A stretch of 63,172 nt of DNA, the filler included, from Olpidium bornovanus S191 (Eukaryota > Fungi > Olpidiomycota), in the NCBI GenBank assembly GCA_017911155.1. It is 27 parts of 27 records of this genome, joined end to end, with 100 filler letters (N's around TTAATTAATTAA, not from the genome) between each part and the next. Parts side by side here need not be neighbours in the genome. Positions count along the whole stretch, not along the records: positions 56,863 to 60,789 come from JAEFCI010010887.1; positions 60,890 to 62,061 come from JAEFCI010006740.1; positions 62,162 to 63,172 come from JAEFCI010001655.1; 24 more parts are not named here. One strand, 5' to 3'. The notes below the pieces were generated by a model. It was given only the letters and a program-made list of their open reading frames with translations, was not told the origin of the DNA and did not search any database. A program made the position numbers and the translations under genes. This document shows, piece after piece, positions 59,215 to 63,172 of this stretch. The stretch's first letter is position 1. Every line of letters begins with the position of its first letter.

Positions 59215-60656
59215 AGAGCGACGACACGAACAAAGCGGAAATGTCTCGCGGTAAGGGAAGGCGAGCGGCAAGAGATGGTCCCGCTCAAGCGATTCCGGTG
59301 GGCGTTTTGCTCGACTAGATCCCGCACGGCAGGCCGGTTCCCGCGGGATCGCCGACACGAGCGTGGGGAACTGCCTGCGAACTGCCCCTGTGCCAGATGG
59401 TCGTCTAGAAAGTGGACACGTACGATCCTGTCAGAATCTCGCGGCCCGGCGCACACGCCTACAATCTTATCCTCACCCTCGAATCTTTTACGTCGACGCG
59501 AGCGACGACTGCCGCGACTTCAGTCAACGAGGACCGGCCACAGTCTACTCTGGCCCTCCCTTCCCCTCCTTCCCCCAACAGCAATTCCAGAGCCGACATG
59601 CGGGCTTGGTAAGGAAATGGGGTCCGCCCTCTTCAGCAGCTCACGCCGACGCCTCGCAACCGTCTGGATCCGATTAGAAAGGCCTCACAGGCACGCACAA
59701 GTTGTTTTGCTGGCCTGATTCTACGCCAGTTAATCTGCGCGAACGCGATGCCGCATCAGGCACAGCATGTGCCGGAGCACGGCGATACAGACCACGGTCT
59801 GCCAGCGCCCGCGCTGTTCGCTAACACAAGCTGTCTTAGTCTCTCCATCTAGTAACAGCATGCAAGGACAATAACTCATTGGCGGATTGTTCAAGAATAC
59901 TTGGCACTTGGCTGCACTAGCGATGATAGCACACACTGCTGGAGCGAACACCTCTGGCGAGAAGGTCTCATTGTAGTCAATACCGCTGGCTTGAGAGTAG
60001 CCTTGAGCAACAAAACGCGTGCCCGTCCCTCGCGGCCATTCGCGCGCGCGGTCGGAGCGGCAACTTCTGCGGAGCGGGCGCTAACAGCTCCGGGCGCTAA
60101 CAGGGGTCGTATGGTTGGGGGACCTCCGGCGTCTTGCGGTTTGGGCCTCTCTTTCCTGGTGGCGTCCTCGAAAATGAATGCACGCCCATTTACATTGAAG
60201 AGAATGTCCAGCCCACCGTAGGTTGCAGCTGGGATGGAGAAGGGTGCCATCCTGAAGGTCGGTGTGTGCAGTGTGTCCTGGAGCAAAAGCCTGTTAGATG
60301 AGTTGGTCATGACATACATAGTTCCTTGTGCGACATTTAGCTCATTAAACCTCGATGCAGTCCAGACTCTGGCGTTTGCCGGCTGGGACAAGGAGAGCCG
60401 TCAGCCATTGCGCACCATCCGCAAGGTTTCCCGCTGTCCGTGATTATCCCTGGCCTTCCTCAAGGTGGTGTTCGGGGCCGGTGTTGCTCTTTTCCGTTGG
60501 CTTTGCCACAGCGGCCCGTCAAACACCAACGCTTCTCAACCTGACAGCGACCTGATTTCTCTGTTCTTCCGTTCTCCCAAGCGCTCGCGCATGCTCGAGG
60601 GGAGCGCCGAGGTCTCCTATCCTACCGCGTGCGCAAAGGAAATTATGCACTCTTCC

Positions 60657-60722
60657 CTCCGATAAGTTATAGCCCCGGTGGACGGATTTTGCTATAACCT
60701 ATCGGAGGTTATAACTTTTCGG
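60657..60722. repeat. 17-bp inverted repeat plus a third direct copy of the motif
   Basis: CTCCGATAAGTTATAGC (60657-60673) pairs with GCTATAACCTATCGGAG (60691-60707) at 16/17. GGTTATAACTTTTCGGA (60706-60722) is a third copy in the same orientation as the second. Confidence 0.85.
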
Positions 60723-60889
60723 ATTATTGTGGCGTGGGAAATTAATAAATTTTGAAAAATCAAAAAAGCGAACCATAGCAACACAAAGCNNNNNNNNNNN
60801 NNNNNNNNNNNNNNNNNNNNNNNNNNNNNNNNNTTAATTAATTAANNNNNNNNNNNNNNNNNNNNNNNNNNNNNNNNNNNNNNNNNNNN

Positions 60890-61488
60890 CGCCGAGTATA
60901 TACTGAAAACGAGAAGGCACGCATTATAGGCAAAGATACAAAGGACCAATTTGTTGAGCCGCTTTTCTAGCGTTGAAAATTTTAGGCCGGACATTTTGAG
61001 ATTCCGCATGATGCGGGTGTCTGGCCCAGCGAACACCGCTACTCCGTAAACCACGTCGACGTTCCGCAGGACCATTCCTCGGAGCAACATGTTGTTGATG
61101 GTGGTCGGTTCCACCTTCTCCCGGGCGCCGGGCGAAGGCCATACCCTTAGGCGGCCGTCAAACAGGATCAGGTTGGCGTTTGGAGGCTCGCACTGGAAGC
61201 GGCCGGAGACCTGGGATATCAGGTCGTCTGTGTCTTTGCCCGCCGTGGCCGCGACGGCAAAGCGGCGTGTCAACCTCGTCTCTCCGTCCAGCTCGGCAGT
61301 CTCCACATAACAGGTGCCGCCGTAGATAGAGGTGCTCAGGCAGAGAACGTCCGAGGGGACAGTATCTCCGTTCCGCAGCCGGAGGACATTGCCTGGATTG
61401 ATGTCCTTGGACATAGTCGGCACTGCCCGCCCGTCCTTGATCACCGCATAGACGCGCTGATTTGCTTTGTTGTCCTGCTTGTATCGTT

Positions 61489-61521
<33 letters not shown>

Positions 61522-62061
61522 GCCTCGCGCGGTTCAGCTGGGCCCGCTGGCGCCATCAGCGGGCAGGCGAGGAAATCGCAGGCCTTACATAGTCCTCGGC
61601 GGCATTCTTTATCGCGGACACGGCGAGCACGATGAGCAGCGGACCCAGTTCGGACTCCGGGGTCAGAACCGGCACTAGCATCACGAAAATCGCCGACAAA
61701 AGGAAGTATATGTTGACGAATCTTCGAAACTGCGAAGCTCGCGCAAGAAATTAGCTCCGGCCGTGGAAAGAGAAAAGGGGCGGGGCCGGGAGGGAATCTT
61801 CTAACCGACCAATTTACCTGCGACATCAGGTTCAGCGGGAGGAAGGTAATCAAAGTGTACTTCGTTGTCCGTATAGAATTCGAGGGGTACTTGTACTTCG
61901 GACAAAGGTCAGAGCTCTTGAGGTTGAAATCTACCTCGTACATGCGCTCTTTCGCTAACTGCGGGAGGCCGTCCGCGGTTGCCGTCGCGGTCTTCAAGTC
62001 CGGCCCGTCTCCGGCCTTGGAACCGACGGAACTGTTGGCATTGCTGAGCTTGTTGTGACGC
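60890..62061 (-). CDS. P4-type ATPase (phospholipid flippase), N-terminal fragment
   Basis: SNSIRTTKYTLITFLPLNLMSQ|FRRFVNIYFL...EDY|KRYKQD...VPSDVLCLSTS...CYVETAELDGET...CEPPN...LLRGMVLRN...AGPDTRIM. Confidence 0.96.
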
Positions 62062-62161
62062 NNNNNNNNNNNNNNNNNNNNNNNNNNNNNNNNNNNNNNN
62101 NNNNNTTAATTAATTAANNNNNNNNNNNNNNNNNNNNNNNNNNNNNNNNNNNNNNNNNNNN

Positions 62162-63172
62162 ACCCCGCAAGACCTTGCTTCTACGCCGCCTTCCGGACGC
62201 AGTCATCGCTGCCGACTACGCGGGCATTGCCGCCAACCGCGCAGGCACCGCCGCTGTCGATCGCGATGATCTAGGACCGGCACTCCTCACCGCCAACTAG
62301 GAGCTCGCGCCCGTCTACACCGATTCTTCTTGGTATTCTGCGACGAAGAGGAACACATGTTTTTCCGTCTCTCTCGCCTCCGTGGCTCCGATCCGCGTTT
62401 CCGCCGATACCGAAGCTCCGATCCGCGCGGTCTCCTATCAAACTTTGCCGCCCTCCGTGACTTTGATCCGTGCTTTTGTTACTTCTGCCCCACCTTCGGA
62501 CGACGCCGCTGACGAACGCCAACTGACCGCTCTCACCGAGCTCCTCCTGCCTCACCTCGACGATTAGGACTGGGTTGCTACTTTCCCCGCGTCCGCCGCC
62601 GCGTTTCTTACTCGTTCGCTCGATCTTTCATTCGGTCCCGCTCTTTCGCCCGCACAGCGTCGCATGTTACTCGTAATTTTTCTTTTGCATCGAGACACCT
62701 TCACGTGGGGCCTCGAGGACGTCCGCTTGTGTCCAGAATCACCGCTACGAATTGAGCTCCTCGATCCGCGTCAAGAGCCCATCCGATGCATACCGATCCG
62801 TGTTCTTCTCCAGCTTCTCCCGTGGCTTCGTGAAAAACTTGAACGTCTGGAGGCGCTCGGCCTTATCGAGGATACTGACAGCCCTTGGTCCGCTCCCTGC
62901 TTCGTCGTGCGGAAGCCCCACGGCGGCGGGTGGTGCCTCGTTGTCGACTACCGTCGTTTGAATCGCGTCGTGCGCAAGGACGCGGGAGATCTCCCGAACA
63001 TTGATGAGTTACTCTGCGGACTTCGCGGTTCCGGATTTCTTACGACTTGCAATCTCCTTTCTGGATTCTGGCAGTGGCTGCTGTCTCCTTCTTCCCGCGA
63101 GTTCACCGCGTTCTCCACGCCGTTCGGCAGCAAGCAATGGCGCGTCGCTCCCATGGGCTACACGGGCGTGCC
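62162..63172 (+). mobile_element. Ty3/gypsy pol fragment (RT N-terminal half) with premature stops, running off the window end
   Basis: SPWSAPCFVVRKPHGGGWCLVVDYRRLN...LPNIDELL...SGFWQ...TAFSTPFGSKQWRVAPMG. In-frame TAG at 62298 and 62565. Confidence 0.93.

Larger units (their letters stand above)
3560..62161. other. 26 artificial 100-nt contig linkers (N44-TTAATTAATTAA-N44)
   Basis: Identical linkers start at 3560, 6049, 8416, 10793, 12235, 14022, 15787, 17679, 20030, 24247, 25764, 26988, 30315, 32431, 33949, 35282, 37572, 39004, 44194, 47152, 49695, 51420, 55018, 56763, 60790 and 62062. Confidence 0.99.

Noticed and set aside
59891-60391. 166-aa minus ORF
   Set aside because: No recognisable domain or splice context. 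It may be real but is unsupported.
1-63172. MCB-like ACGCGT sites as SBF/MBF targets
   Set aside because: CpG-rich 6-mers are expected by chance at this GC content, and no enrichment could be shown by eye.

Overview
This is not contiguous DNA. It is 27 short contigs (about 1.0-5.1 kb) joined by 26 identical 100-nt linkers (N44-TTAATTAATTAA-N44, stop codons in all six frames), so gene adjacency across a linker means nothing and most genes are partial. The DNA is GC-rich, intron-rich and eukaryotic. Fungal markers (SBF/MBF KilA-N-ankyrin factor, Zds1-like, homocitrate synthase) occur together with flagellar/centriole genes (RSPH14-like, CEP295/Ana1-like; LC8 is also present but is universal). 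I infer a zoosporic early-diverging fungus (Olpidium/chytrid-like); this is an inference, not a database result. Recognisable genes: NSE3/MAGE, DUF1647-like, RPS0, NDC80, MTQ1/HemK, ABCA transporter, Mbp1/Swi4, Elongin-B-like, RSPH14, DYN2/LC8, ZDS1, GPI3/PIG-A, DUF1640, GOT1, LYS20/21, an MBOAT-like protein, an F-box/LRR protein and a P4-ATPase. There are also many decayed Ty3/gypsy and Ty1/copia fragments. I cannot support a multi-gene novel system. The best leads are: a CEP295/Ana1-type centriole domain with a predicted GC-AG intron; A-tract 3' splice sites; an 11-nt micro-exon; a copia LTR family with half-tRNA(iMet) primer sites; an LTR element pairing a gypsy-like capsid with a copia-like protease and PBS; an intronless orphan ORF; a three-motif FRT-like site; and strong CATG enrichment at contig ends. 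All exon structures and family calls were made by eye.
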